DNA of 64,000 nucleotides, from positions 1-64,000 of IMG/VR virus record IMGVR_UViG_3300042197_002234; one strand, 5' to 3'. The stretch is from a virus. The notes beneath the pieces were generated by a model. That model saw nothing but the letters and a program-made list of their open reading frames with translations, did not search any database and was not told where the DNA came from. Position numbers and translations under genes: made by a program. Below are positions 49,701 to 56,582 of the stretch, in pieces; within the stretch, counting starts at the first letter, position 1, and every line of letters starts with the position of its first letter.

Positions 49701-50795
49701 TGTACCACTAGAACCACTTGTCCCTGAACTTCCATCTGTACCACTAGTACCACTTGTTCCTGAAGAACCGTCTGTTCCACTCGAGCCACTTGTTCCTGAA
49801 GAACCGTCTGTTCCACTAGAGCCACTTGTGCCTGAACTTCCATCTGTTCCTGACGAACCATCAGTACCTGAACTTCCACTTGTCCCTGAACTTCCATCCG
49901 TACCTGATGAACCATCAGTACCTGAACTTCCTGAAGAACCACTAGTTCCTGAACTACCATCAGTACCTGAACTTCCATCAGTTCCGCTTGTACCTGAAGA
50001 ACCACTTGTACCTGAAGAACCACTTGTACCTGAACTTCCGCTTGTTCCTGATGAACCTGAAGTTCCTGATGAACCACTTGAGCCTGAACTTCCTGATGTA
50101 CCTGAACTTCCTGATGTACCGCTAGTTCCTGATGACCCACTTGAACCTGAAGTTCCGCTTGTTCCTGAACTACCATCTTGACCGCTAGTCCCTGATGTAC
50201 CATCTTGACCGCTAGTACCTGAACTACCATTTGTACCTGAAGACCCACTACTTCCGCTAGACCCTGAACTACCGCTACTACCTGAACTACCGCTACTACC
50301 TGAACTTCCTGAAGTTCCACTAGTACCTGAACTACCATCTTGACCGCTAGTCCCTGATGTGCCATCTTGACCGCTAGTACCTGAACTACCTGGAGAGCCA
50401 GTACCGCTTGTTCCCGAAGACCCACTACTACCTGGAGAGCCAGTACCGCTTGTTCCCGAAGACCCACTACTACCTGAAGTTCCTGACGAACCACTATTTC
50501 CACTTAAACCTGAACTACCTGAAGTACCGCTACTACCCGAAGACCCACTTGTACCTGAACTACCATCAGTACCTGATGTGCCATCAACACCACTTGTTCC
50601 TGAGCTACCGTCAATACCACTTGTTCCTGAAGTTCCACCTAAAGCCAAAGCATCTGCAACTTGTTTTATGGTTGCTTTATATGATGAGCCTGCAGGATTT
50701 TGGGAAGTGTCCCCTGTTATTACTATGTGGATTACGTCGTTTTCCGAAACTCCTGTTGCTAGTACCCTGTCTGTAAGTCTTTGATAATTCGGCAT
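40764..50795 (-). CDS. Giant Ser/Thr collagen-like (Gly-X-Y) fibre protein, 3343 aa
   Basis: 53-aa N-terminal head, about 2850 aa of GTS/GSS/GTD triplets, a Cys-rich domain, a second roughly 100-aa GXY run, and a C-terminal domain of about 205 aa. Confidence 0.9.
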   Translation of the reverse strand: MPNYQRLTDRVLATGVSENDVIHIVITGDTSQNPAGSSYKATIKQVADALALGGTSGTSGIDGSSGTSGVDGTSGTDGSSGTSGSSGSSGTSGSSGLSGNSGSSGTSGSSGSSGTSGTGSPGSSGSSGTSGTGSPGSSGTSGQDGTSGTSGQDGSSGTSGTSGSSGSSGSSGSSGSSGSSGSSGSSGTNGSSGTSGQDGTSGTSGQDGSSGTSGTSGSSGSSGTSGTSGSSGTSGSSGSSGSSGTSGSSGTSGSSGTSGSSGTSGSSGTSGTDGSSGTDGSSGTSGSSGSSGTDGSSGTDGSSGTSGSSGTDGSSGTDGSSGTSGSSGTDGSSGTSGSSGTDGSSGTSGTSGTDGSSGTSGSSGTDGSSGTSGSSGTNGSSGTSGSSGSSGISGVDGSNGTSGTSGTSGSSGTDGSSGTDGSSGTDGSSGTDGSSGTSGSSGTDGSSGTSGSSGTSGTSGTDGSNGTSGTSGFSGTDGSSGTSGTSGTSGTDGSSGTSGTDGSSGTSGTSGSSGTDGSNGTSGTSGTSGSSGTSGTSGTSGTDGSSGTDGSSGTSGTSGTDGSSGTSGTSGSSGTDGSSGTSGSSGTSGTDGSSGTSGTSGTDGSSGTSGTSGTDGSSGTSGTSGTDGSSGTSGTSGTDGSSGTSGTSGTDGSSGTSGTSGTDGSSGTSGTSGTDGSSGTSGTSGTDGSSGTSGNSGTDGSSGTSGNSGTDGSSGTSGTSGTDGSSGTSGTSGTDGSSGTSGTSGTSGSSGTSGTSGTDGSSGTSGTDGSSGTSGTSGTNGTSGSSGISGVNGSKGTSGTSGSSGTDGSNGTSGTSGTSGTDGSSGTSGTSGSSGTSGTSGSSGTSGTDGSSGTSGTSGTDGSSGTSGTSGTDGSSGTSGISGSSGTSGTDGSSGTDGSSGTSGSSGTSGTSGSSGTSGTSGTSGSSGTSGTSGTDGSSGTSGTSGSSGTDGSNGTSGTSGSSGSSGTSGTSGTSGSSGTSGTSGTDGSNGTSGTSGTSGSSGSSGTDGSNGTSGTNGTSGSSGTDGSSGTDGSSGTSGTSGSSGTSGSSGTSGSSGTSGSSGTSGTDGSSGTSGTSGSSGTSGTDGSSGTSGTSGTDGSSGTSGTSGTSGTSGISGTSGTSGTSGSSGSSGTSGTSGSSGTSGTDGSSGTSGTSGSSGTSGSSGSSGSSGTSGSSGTSGTSGSSGTSGTSGTSGTSGTSGTSGSSGSSGSSGSSGTSGSSGTVGTSGTSGSSGSSGSSGSSGSSGTSGTSGSSGSSGSSGSSGSSGTSGTSGSSGSSGTSGTSGSSGSSGSSGTSGSSGSSGSSGSSGSSGSSGSSGTSGTSGSSGTSGTSGSSGTSGTSGTSGSSGSSGSSGSSGTSGTSGSSGSSGTSGSSGTSGTNGTSGSSGSSGSSGSSGSSGTSGTSGSSGTSGTSGSSGSSGSSGTSGSSGTSGTVGTSGTSGSSGSSGSSGTSGTSGSSGSSGSSGTSGTSGTSGSSGTSGTSGSSGSSGSSGSSGTSGTSGSSGTSGTSGSSGSSGTSGSSGTSGTSGSSGSSGSSGSSGTSGTSGSSGTSGTSGSSGSSGSSGSSGTSGTSGSSGTSGTSGTSGSSGSSGSSGSSGTSGTSGSSGSSGSSGSSGTAGTSGTSGSSGSSGSSGSSGTSGSSGTSGTSGTSGSSGTSGTSGSSGSSGSSGSSGSSGTSGTSGSSGSSGSSGSSGTSGTSGSSGTSGTSGSSGSSGTSGSSGTVGTSGTSGTSGSSGSSGTSGSSGTSGTSGSSGTSGTSGSSGTSGTSGSSGSSGTSGSSGTSGTSGSSGSSGTSGSSGSSGSSGSSGTVGTSGTSGSSGSSGSSGTSGTSGTSGSSGSSGSSGTSGTSGSSGTSGTSGSSGTSGSSGSSGSSGSSGTSGTSGSSGTSGTVGTSGTSGSSGSSGTSGTSGTSGTSGTSGSSGSSGSSGTSGTSGSSGTSGTSGTSGTSGSSGSSGSSGSSGSSGTSGSSGSSGTSGTSGSSGTSGTSGSSGSSGSSGTAGTSGSSGSSGSSGSSGSSGSSGTSGTSGSSGTSGTSGSSGSSGSSGSSGSSGTSGTSGSSGSSGSSGTSGTSGSSGTSGTSGSSGSSGSSGTSGTSGSSGSSGTSGSSGTSGTSGSSGSSGSSGSSGTSGTSGSSGTVGTSGTSGSSGSSGSSGSSGTSGTSGSSGTSGSSGSSGSSGSSGTSGSSGTAGTSGSSGSSGTSGSSGTSGTSGTSGSSGTSGTSGSSGSSGTSGSSGSSGSSGSSGSSGTSGTSGSSGSSGSSGSSGSSGTSGTSGSSGSSGSSGSSGSSGTSGASGSSGSSGSSGTSGTSGSSGTSGTSGSSGSSGSSGSSGSSGSSGTSGTSGTSGSSGSSGSSGSSGTSGISGSSGSSGSSGTSGSSGTSGTSGSSGSSGSSGSSGTSGTSGSSGSSGSSGSSGSSGTSGTSGSSGTSGTSGSSGSSGSSGSSGTSGTSGSSGTSGTSGSSGSSGSSGSSGTSGTSGSSGTSGSSGSSGSSGSSGTSGSSGSSGSSGSSGSSGTSGTSGSSGTSGTSGSSGSSGSSGSSGSSGSSGSSGTSGSSGSSGSSGSSGSSGTSGTSGTSGSSGTSGTSGSSGSSGSSGSSGTSGTSGSSGSSGSSGSSGNSGTSGTSGSSGSSGSSGSSGSSGSSGTSGTSGSSGSSGSSGSSGTSGTSGSSGNSGSSGSSGTSGSSGTSGTSGSSGTAGTSGSSGSSGSSGSSGSSGSSGTSGSSGTSGISGSSGTSGTSGSSGTSGTSGSSGSSGTSGSSGSSGSSGSSGTSGTSGSSGSSGSSGSSGSSGTSGTSGSSGSSGSSGSSGTSGTSGSSGTSGTSGSSGSSGSSGSSGSSGTSGTSGSSGSSGSSGSSGSSGTSGSSGSSGSSGTSGTSGSSGSSGSSGSSGTSGTRGTSGSSGTSGTSGTSGVSAYCLPYTLTNDSTPDSNGEFAFITGSSATTLTVSAATYLHFYDFDNNGVNQYEVFNKCICGGNLTIYNQADPTKFVHYSDWSGVGRLNSTSFFIEGPIFASSSSASPFSYGDVLCFKVCCNGCDGSIGTSGTSGVNGTSGTSGVNGTSGTSGTSGSSGSSGSSGTSGSSGTSGTKGTSGTSGANGTAGTSGVSGASGTSGSSGSSGSSGTAGQTGSSGTSGSSGTSSGGGSLTVTDGATTVTSVTGLTVAGSCGIVEGTTGDATINIKRQFLLASNSGSWTQGPNDTDVYIANNTCGWNGCPWDIAWDGISPFDTRTQGFIGVPVPIDMLSSGTIKLCGTVTSPVDGLANSVTAYLFKYECDDLTSSTFTITEIASDVTSFNAAGVACFTLTLQDEILECNTNIIVGFNSDGTNAGPRYFTYTLVYNECNDPL
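41385..41693 (-). repeat. Second short Gly-X-Y segment of the fibre protein
   Basis: GSIGTSGTSGVNG...GTSS, about 100 aa between the two globular domains. Confidence 0.85.
42066..50636 (-). repeat. Degenerate 9-bp-period tandem repeat encoding about 950 Gly-(Ser/Thr)-(Ser/Asp) triplets
   Basis: aa 54-2910 is 2857 residues, which equals 951 triplets plus two GT dipeptide slips near the N-terminus. The antisense shadow ORF has Pro at every third residue over 2613 aa. Confidence 0.95.
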
Positions 50796-50839
50796 TTTAT
50801 TTTATTCTATAAATATAAAAGGTATTGTTTTTAATGGTA

Positions 50840-51142
50840 TTATTGACCTTCAAATATATAAATATTAGCATCCATGAAAATGAATATCTCACCGTCTTGA
50901 TAAATCTTAGCTTTTTCATCACAATATATAATTCCGAATTTTTCACAACCAATAGAATCAATTAATTTTAACCCCAATGCGGGGGCGGTGTTAAATTGAA
51001 TTGGTAGTGTAATAACTAATGATGGTGGTATTGAGGTGTTTATAGTGGCAATTAAAACACATTGATTTCCATACACATCACACGCGAATAGATTGAATGG
51101 TAATGATACCCCTGTTACTGATGTAATTTCTATTTGAGTCAT
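50840..51142 (-). CDS. Small virion-type protein, paralog of 29819-30343
   Basis: IEITS.TG..PF....CD....C.L.AT...KL.D..GCE is shared between the two. Confidence 0.7.
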   Translation of the reverse strand: MTQIEITSVTGVSLPFNLFACDVYGNQCVLIATINTSIPPSLVITLPIQFNTAPALGLKLIDSIGCEKFGIIYCDEKAKIYQDGEIFIFMDANIYIFEGQ

Positions 51143-51168
51143 ACATCAATAAATACTCAATAATTTAT

Positions 51169-53838
51169 TTAACAACTACCAACCGAAGGTGATGGTGTTG
51201 GAGTTTGTGTTGGAGTTTTACTTGGTTTTGGGGTTTTACTTGGGTCAGGACAACCGCATGGATTTGTACAAGTTACTGACGGTGTAGGGGTATTTGTTGA
51301 AGTAGGGGTTTGAGTCATTGTTGGTGTTGGTGTTGGACTTGGAACTTTACAAGGGTCAAAAGAAGGTGTTGGGGTTACAGTTGGAGTAACTGTAGGTGTA
51401 GGTGTTTTAGTAGTTGTTGGTGTTGGGGTTGGTGTAGGTGTTGGTCTATTAACATATAAAACAAAATTGCATGTTGGGTCACAACTACCTGGTACAGTAG
51501 TTAATGTATAAGAACCATAAACCTCTCTTGGTGGAACTAACAAATACGGTCTAAATAAAAATGGTATTGTATGTTCACCTAAATTAATTATTATATCTTC
51601 ATTATCAGGTTTAAAAATAATGTTCATTAATTCACCATCATAGTTATTACTATCAATAATAATTTCATTAGTCGAACCTGAACTACCTGATATTACATAC
51701 GTAAAATCATCTTCTAAACATTCTGTAGTACAATCGGGACAATCAGGGTTAAACATCCTGAATGTATTTTTTAATAAATTAAAATTGTGTTTAACCTCAG
51801 GTGCGGATAGAGGTGTTACATACATTCTAAATTGTGATATACCACCTTCAAACGTCCCTGCAAAATTTTGTTCTATTAATATATGGTTATCCATACCATT
51901 AAATGTTGTACCTGTTAAATCATTAACAGGAAAACATTCAGGGTCTTGAATGTATGGTCCGTTTGGTAAAGTTGTTGATGAAAAAACAAGATTTTCTCTT
52001 AACCCTTGTGTTCCGCCACCCCAAGAAATATTAAATGGTACCCCAACTTGTCGTTCTTTATCAGTGTTTAAAGCTCTTGGAATTATCTCTTCAAAATCTT
52101 CTATGGTATGAAATAATTTACCGTTAATGTAAATTTTTAATCTACCACTTCTCATTTTCTTTTCTAACAACCATTTGTCATTTAAATTGACAATTTGAAT
52201 TGTTTCAGGTGTTTTACCGTTAATATTAGTGTATGGTATTGTTATTAATGACGCTGCGTTATTGGCTAAACTTTCCAAATGTAGTGTTTCGGTAATGTCA
52301 CCCAATCCACCTCTATACCACAAATCACAAACATCTAACCATGTGTATCGTTCCCAAACCGCATCAAACTGAAACCATCTTTCAATATCTAACCATGATG
52401 GACAAACTTCTGCACAGAACGGGTATATTGGTGTAGTACAATAATCAAATATTGTATATCCTGTTGTGAATGTTGTTCCTGTATTTTCACAAGAACCCGT
52501 AGTTGTACAATCACCAGTAAATCTTAAAACTCTAATACCTATTGATGGATTCTTTGGGTCACCACATAATCTAAACGACATTGCGTTAGACATTGAATCG
52601 TATAACGGGTCTTTTTCACACGTATTTTCTATTGAGGTAAAACCTGTATAACAATCCACACAATCATCACAAGTATCACAATTTGTACATGTTGGAGTAC
52701 AAGTTGGTTCTGGTTTCCAACAATCAGGAGTAGGACTTGGTGTCGGTGTAGGCGTGGGGGTTGGTATTATTATATTTGCACACTCATGTTTTTGACATTC
52801 CCAACCACAAGTTTCACAAGGATAATCATTACAATCACATCCACAACTTATTGTTTTTTGTGGGTCACCTTTACAAAAATCACAACCGTAATTTACATGA
52901 GGGTCATGAATGTTATTTACTGACCTTGGTGGGTAAACATAGATACATCTACTATTTGTTATAGTTCTATTACAACAAGCACAAGTTTCAAGTTTTGTTA
53001 AACCTGAAGTAACTCTATTATAGTTTGGGAAACATTTTGGGTTACCATCAGCGTGATGCCAAAATTTATTTTCCGACCTCGTTCCAAAATAAAAGAAAGT
53101 ATTTTTATTGTTTGGATATATTTCATTTAAAGTTGTTTCATTAGGTCCTGGTGTATATTCATTAACCAATCTAGGTTTTAATAACATTTCAATAGCCCAA
53201 CCTTTGTTTGTCCTTTCAGGAAAAACCTCATAATCATACCCAAATAATTTATAAAATCCTTGATAAAATCCACCATATAATTCATGATACATTCCTTCAT
53301 ACGGACTAGTTTTTGACACAACTTCATATAATACAGTTTTGTTAAAACCCGAAAATCTAACATTGGGTGAAGTACTCGTATATCCAGTGACTTGGAAAAG
53401 TTTCAGTCTTCTGTCAAAATACAACCTATTAAATTTTAGAAAATCACTAAACAATCCTTCAGTAAAGGTTATAGTTTCACCTGTTAATTTGGTTACTAAT
53501 CCGTTATCAGTACCAACTAATCCTATATCACAAGATGTGTTTGCCGAAAAACAAGCTAAATCTTTATTTTCAGGATTATAATAATTTTGAGAAACAAAAA
53601 TATTGTTGTAATTATATTGTTTATAATTTAATGTTAATTTTTGTGATGTTAATGGATTGTTGGTATCAAAATATATAGGTAATCTATTCCCATATGTTTG
53701 AGCGATTAAATACGGTGAGAATATTACTTCTTCATTATAATCTCTTTCATCGGTAGACAATGACATATCATTGGACTCTAAACTAAAACTTAAAGACCAA
53801 TTCGGACGAGGATATTGATTAATATTTTGACTCGGCAT
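51169..53838 (-). CDS. Cys-rich virion protein with a LamG/concanavalin-like domain and TPTP tracts
   Basis: LKIYINGK...[22 protein letters not shown] is LamG-like. Dense Cys clusters and two (TP)n linkers. Confidence 0.7.
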   Translation of the reverse strand: MPSQNINQYPRPNWSLSFSLESNDMSLSTDERDYNEEVIFSPYLIAQTYGNRLPIYFDTNNPLTSQKLTLNYKQYNYNNIFVSQNYYNPENKDLACFSANTSCDIGLVGTDNGLVTKLTGETITFTEGLFSDFLKFNRLYFDRRLKLFQVTGYTSTSPNVRFSGFNKTVLYEVVSKTSPYEGMYHELYGGFYQGFYKLFGYDYEVFPERTNKGWAIEMLLKPRLVNEYTPGPNETTLNEIYPNNKNTFFYFGTRSENKFWHHADGNPKCFPNYNRVTSGLTKLETCACCNRTITNSRCIYVYPPRSVNNIHDPHVNYGCDFCKGDPQKTISCGCDCNDYPCETCGWECQKHECANIIIPTPTPTPTPSPTPDCWKPEPTCTPTCTNCDTCDDCVDCYTGFTSIENTCEKDPLYDSMSNAMSFRLCGDPKNPSIGIRVLRFTGDCTTTGSCENTGTTFTTGYTIFDYCTTPIYPFCAEVCPSWLDIERWFQFDAVWERYTWLDVCDLWYRGGLGDITETLHLESLANNAASLITIPYTNINGKTPETIQIVNLNDKWLLEKKMRSGRLKIYINGKLFHTIEDFEEIIPRALNTDKERQVGVPFNISWGGGTQGLRENLVFSSTTLPNGPYIQDPECFPVNDLTGTTFNGMDNHILIEQNFAGTFEGGISQFRMYVTPLSAPEVKHNFNLLKNTFRMFNPDCPDCTTECLEDDFTYVISGSSGSTNEIIIDSNNYDGELMNIIFKPDNEDIIINLGEHTIPFLFRPYLLVPPREVYGSYTLTTVPGSCDPTCNFVLYVNRPTPTPTPTPTTTKTPTPTVTPTVTPTPSFDPCKVPSPTPTPTMTQTPTSTNTPTPSVTCTNPCGCPDPSKTPKPSKTPTQTPTPSPSVGSC

Positions 53839-53888
53839 CTTTTTTATGATAAATAGTATAAAACGAAGTATTTATTGTTAAAAGCATC

Positions 53889-54737
53889 ATGATAACTTTT
53901 AATAAAGAGTACTTTGGTAATAATTATTATTTCTTCTTGAAAGAATCAGAAGAAAAGATAAGTTTATATTACTCTGTTGCCGAAACTTTAACGGAATCGA
54001 GAAAAAAAGATAAAAAAATGGATTTTGATAAAAGAGACGATAAAAAAATTAAAAAAATTGTGGACGACCTTTTAAATTCAAAAGACAAACCATCATTGAA
54101 AAAAGTTGAGGATAAACTTAAATCGGTAAAGAAAAAAGGTGAAATTGAAGAATTGGTTGATTATGATGGCACAATGTTGAGTTCAAGAATACCATTTTTA
54201 AATTTAACTTTAACACCGAGAAAAACTATGGACCAAACGGTTGCTATGTCAAGAGTAACTAACGACCCTGTAACTAGAGGTTACCGTGTTTATTGGGGTG
54301 AAAGTGAAGATAAAGAAGATGATGTTTTGTCCGAAGTTGATTTTTCAGATGCTTTTGGGTATGAAGAAACTGAATTTAAAGATTTTAAAGATTCAGTAAA
54401 AACATTAAAAGATATGGGTGTTGATAATCCTGTTGAAAGAACTTTAGACTTTGGTAAAATAAAAGGTGAAAAAGTTAAAAAAAACAGAAAAGGACAAAAA
54501 GTTTTAAAACAAAGGTTATCTGAAAAAGATTCAATTGAAGAACAACAAAGACAGGAAATGATTAAAATGGTTGAGGATATGTTAGCCAAAAAATCAAAGT
54601 CAGATTCTGATGTTGTAGGTAAAGAAAAACCAATTAGTAAAATATTAACTAAAAATTTAGAATCAATTAAAAAAATTGCTGATAAAGAAGGTATTAGTAT
54701 TAATAAATTAATAAACATTCTTAAAAAAGGTGAATAA
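53889..54737 (+). CDS. Hypothetical protein (possible head-associated protein)
   Basis: 282 aa, K/E-rich, TATTTAT upstream, several L-x-E motifs. Confidence 0.65.
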   Translation: MITFNKEYFGNNYYFFLKESEEKISLYYSVAETLTESRKKDKKMDFDKRDDKKIKKIVDDLLNSKDKPSLKKVEDKLKSVKKKGEIEELVDYDGTMLSSRIPFLNLTLTPRKTMDQTVAMSRVTNDPVTRGYRVYWGESEDKEDDVLSEVDFSDAFGYEETEFKDFKDSVKTLKDMGVDNPVERTLDFGKIKGEKVKKNRKGQKVLKQRLSEKDSIEEQQRQEMIKMVEDMLAKKSKSDSDVVGKEKPISKILTKNLESIKKIADKEGISINKLINILKKGE

Positions 54738-55200
54738 AGATTTATACGGACATAAAGTACCACTACCTGAAGATGTTGTAACTTATTTAGAACAATGTTA
54801 TAACGCAGCGTCTAATGCCGACGAAACAACTGAAGGGTATAAAAGAAATAAAGAATTAAGGGATTCTAAAGAAGTTACATACCAACAATTAAAAAGAATG
54901 AAAAATTGGTTTGATTCTTTTGATGGAAATGAAAATGATTTACCTTATATATTAAATGGTGGTCACTATGTTAAAAATTGGGTAGACAATACTTTAGGGT
55001 CTATGAGAAATAATGTTGATATGGGTAAAAAAATAAAATCTGAAGTTTTACCAAACCAATATATTAAAAATCACGAAAAGGGTGATTTAAGAAATATGCA
55101 CAGACCCAGTAAAAGTCACAAATCCTCGGTAGAAAAATACGATACAGCAGTTACTGAAAGCCTAAAAAGAATAAACGAACTAATAAAAAAAATAATTTAA
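54730..55200 (+). CDS. Hypothetical protein
   Basis: 156-aa ORF whose start overlaps the previous stop. Confidence 0.65.
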   Translation: MNKDLYGHKVPLPEDVVTYLEQCYNAASNADETTEGYKRNKELRDSKEVTYQQLKRMKNWFDSFDGNENDLPYILNGGHYVKNWVDNTLGSMRNNVDMGKKIKSEVLPNQYIKNHEKGDLRNMHRPSKSHKSSVEKYDTAVTESLKRINELIKKII

Positions 55201-55204
55201 AAAT

Positions 55205-55498
55205 ATGGCAACACAAGAACCATTAAATTTTGAACAACCCGCAAATGAACTTTCGGCTATCGCTGAAATGGAAAGAGCTAAATTGTTACCAAAAAACGAT
55301 TTTAAACCAACAAACCAATATTCGTCCGTAAACCCTGACGCTTTAGCTGATGGTGATGACATGGGTAAAGGTACTGGTGAGTTTTTAGATGTATACAATC
55401 AAAATGCGGGGGCTATCCAAGACATTCTTGAAAGAAAGGCTGAAATAGTTATTAACGAATATCAACCAAACAAACCGTACACAACACCGAGCGCGTAA
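55205..55498 (+). CDS. Hypothetical protein with an internal two-fold repeat
   Basis: ERAKLLPKNDFKPTNQYS versus ERKAEIVINEYQPNKPYT. Confidence 0.6.
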   Translation: MATQEPLNFEQPANELSAIAEMERAKLLPKNDFKPTNQYSSVNPDALADGDDMGKGTGEFLDVYNQNAGAIQDILERKAEIVINEYQPNKPYTTPSA

Positions 55499-55887
55499 TG
55501 AAACTTTACAACACAGTTAAATCTCTTATCTTAGAAGTAGCATCAGTAGACTCTATTGTTAAAGCTATTAAAAATAAAGATAAAGTAATAATTTACTATG
55601 ATGGTGATGAACCAGGCGGTAGAGGTTTACGCGAGATTGAACCTGTTTGTTTTGGTTATAGTAAAGCTAATAACCCTGTTCTTAGAGCTTGGGATAACGA
55701 AGGGGCTTCTCACACAGGTTACAAAGGTGAACAACCGTTACCTGGTTGGAGATTATTTAGGGTTGATAAAATCTTATCTTTTAAGCCTACGGGTGAAAAA
55801 TTTGCACAGATGAAACCAAATTATAATCCTAATGGGGACAAGAGTATGAATAGGGTAATAATAAACGCAGTTTTTGAAAATCAATAA
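55498..55887 (+). CDS. Stand-alone WYL-domain protein
   Basis: IIYY...REIEPVCFG...VLRAW...WRLFRVDKI is a WYL/Sm-like pattern. Confidence 0.8.
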   Translation: MKLYNTVKSLILEVASVDSIVKAIKNKDKVIIYYDGDEPGGRGLREIEPVCFGYSKANNPVLRAWDNEGASHTGYKGEQPLPGWRLFRVDKILSFKPTGEKFAQMKPNYNPNGDKSMNRVIINAVFENQ

Positions 55888-55895
55888 TATTAAAT

Positions 55896-56489
55896 ATGTC
55901 ATCAGAAAATGAATTAATTAAAAAACTAATGGTATCTAAAGCCATTATGGATAAACACAAAGAAATACCAAGAACTGGTAATTCTTCGGGGGTGATTAAT
56001 ACCCCTGCGGTAGAATCTTTTAACGCTCCTGAGGCAAAATACAATTTACCTTCAGAATTTTTAGAAGAAAGTACACCTAAAAAAGTTGTTAAAAATGAAA
56101 TACCAACAACAGATAGAATAATGTCATCAAAACTACCTGATGAAATTAAACGATTAATGATTGAGCATCCAATAACCCAATCAAACCCAATGACAGGTCC
56201 AACTTTATCAAATGATTTAATTGATAAAGCAGCTAGATTAATGAATGTCGATGCTAGCGGTAAACAAGTAGGTGAAATTCCTAAAAGAAAACCTCAAGGA
56301 CAAAATGTCTTTGAGAATGTCTCTGAAACATCAAATTTAAAGAGTTTATTAAAAGAGGTTGTTGAGGAAGTTTTATTAGAAAATGGTATACTATCTGAAT
56401 CAAGTCAAAGAACTAATGATGTTTTTAGTTTTAAGGTGGGTAAACATATTTTTGAAGGTAAAGTTACAAAAATTAAAAAGATTAAATAA
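55896..56489 (+). CDS. Hypothetical protein
   Basis: 197-aa ORF closing the operon before a terminator. Confidence 0.65.
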   Translation: MSSENELIKKLMVSKAIMDKHKEIPRTGNSSGVINTPAVESFNAPEAKYNLPSEFLEESTPKKVVKNEIPTTDRIMSSKLPDEIKRLMIEHPITQSNPMTGPTLSNDLIDKAARLMNVDASGKQVGEIPKRKPQGQNVFENVSETSNLKSLLKEVVEEVLLENGILSESSQRTNDVFSFKVGKHIFEGKVTKIKKIK

Positions 56490-56510
56490 TTTTAAAAATA
56501 GTATTTTTCT

Positions 56511-56538
56511 AAACCCTCCATTTAATGGGGGGTTTTTT
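56511..56538 (+). terminator. Rho-independent terminator
   Basis: AAACCCTCCATT-TA-ATGGGGGGTTT followed by a T-tract. Confidence 0.75.
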
Positions 56539-56582
56539 ATTTTACCACAGTTACCTTTTGATAGAACGGGATATTTATATTT

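Larger units (their letters stand above)
4671..56578. promoter_or_regulatory. Recurrent sense-strand TATTTAT motif upstream of gene starts (putative late promoter); the span covers all copies
   Basis: Minus-strand copies at 4671, 6650, 8218, 12513, 15838, 23526, 25318, 30348, 50809, 51149 and 53849. Plus-strand copies at 12571, 17668, 19230, 30420, 53869 and 56572. Confidence 0.7.

Noticed and set aside
42340-50181. 2613-aa Pro-rich plus-strand ORF (PEVPLVP...)
   Set aside because: Antisense shadow of the Gly-X-Y repeat: Pro at every third residue mirrors the Gly codons. It has no promoter motif and no non-repeat domains.
42066-50636. Repeat array as CRISPR, satellite or ice-nucleation gene
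   Set aside because: There is no repeat-spacer structure and no cas genes, and the period is 9 bp in a coding frame. It lacks the AGYGST 16-residue repeat of ice-nucleation proteins; ice binding cannot be supported from sequence.
41369-50784. Many V/Q/L/E/H-rich minus-strand ORFs and small plus-strand ORFs in the repeat
   Set aside because: Alternative-frame readings of the same low-complexity DNA.
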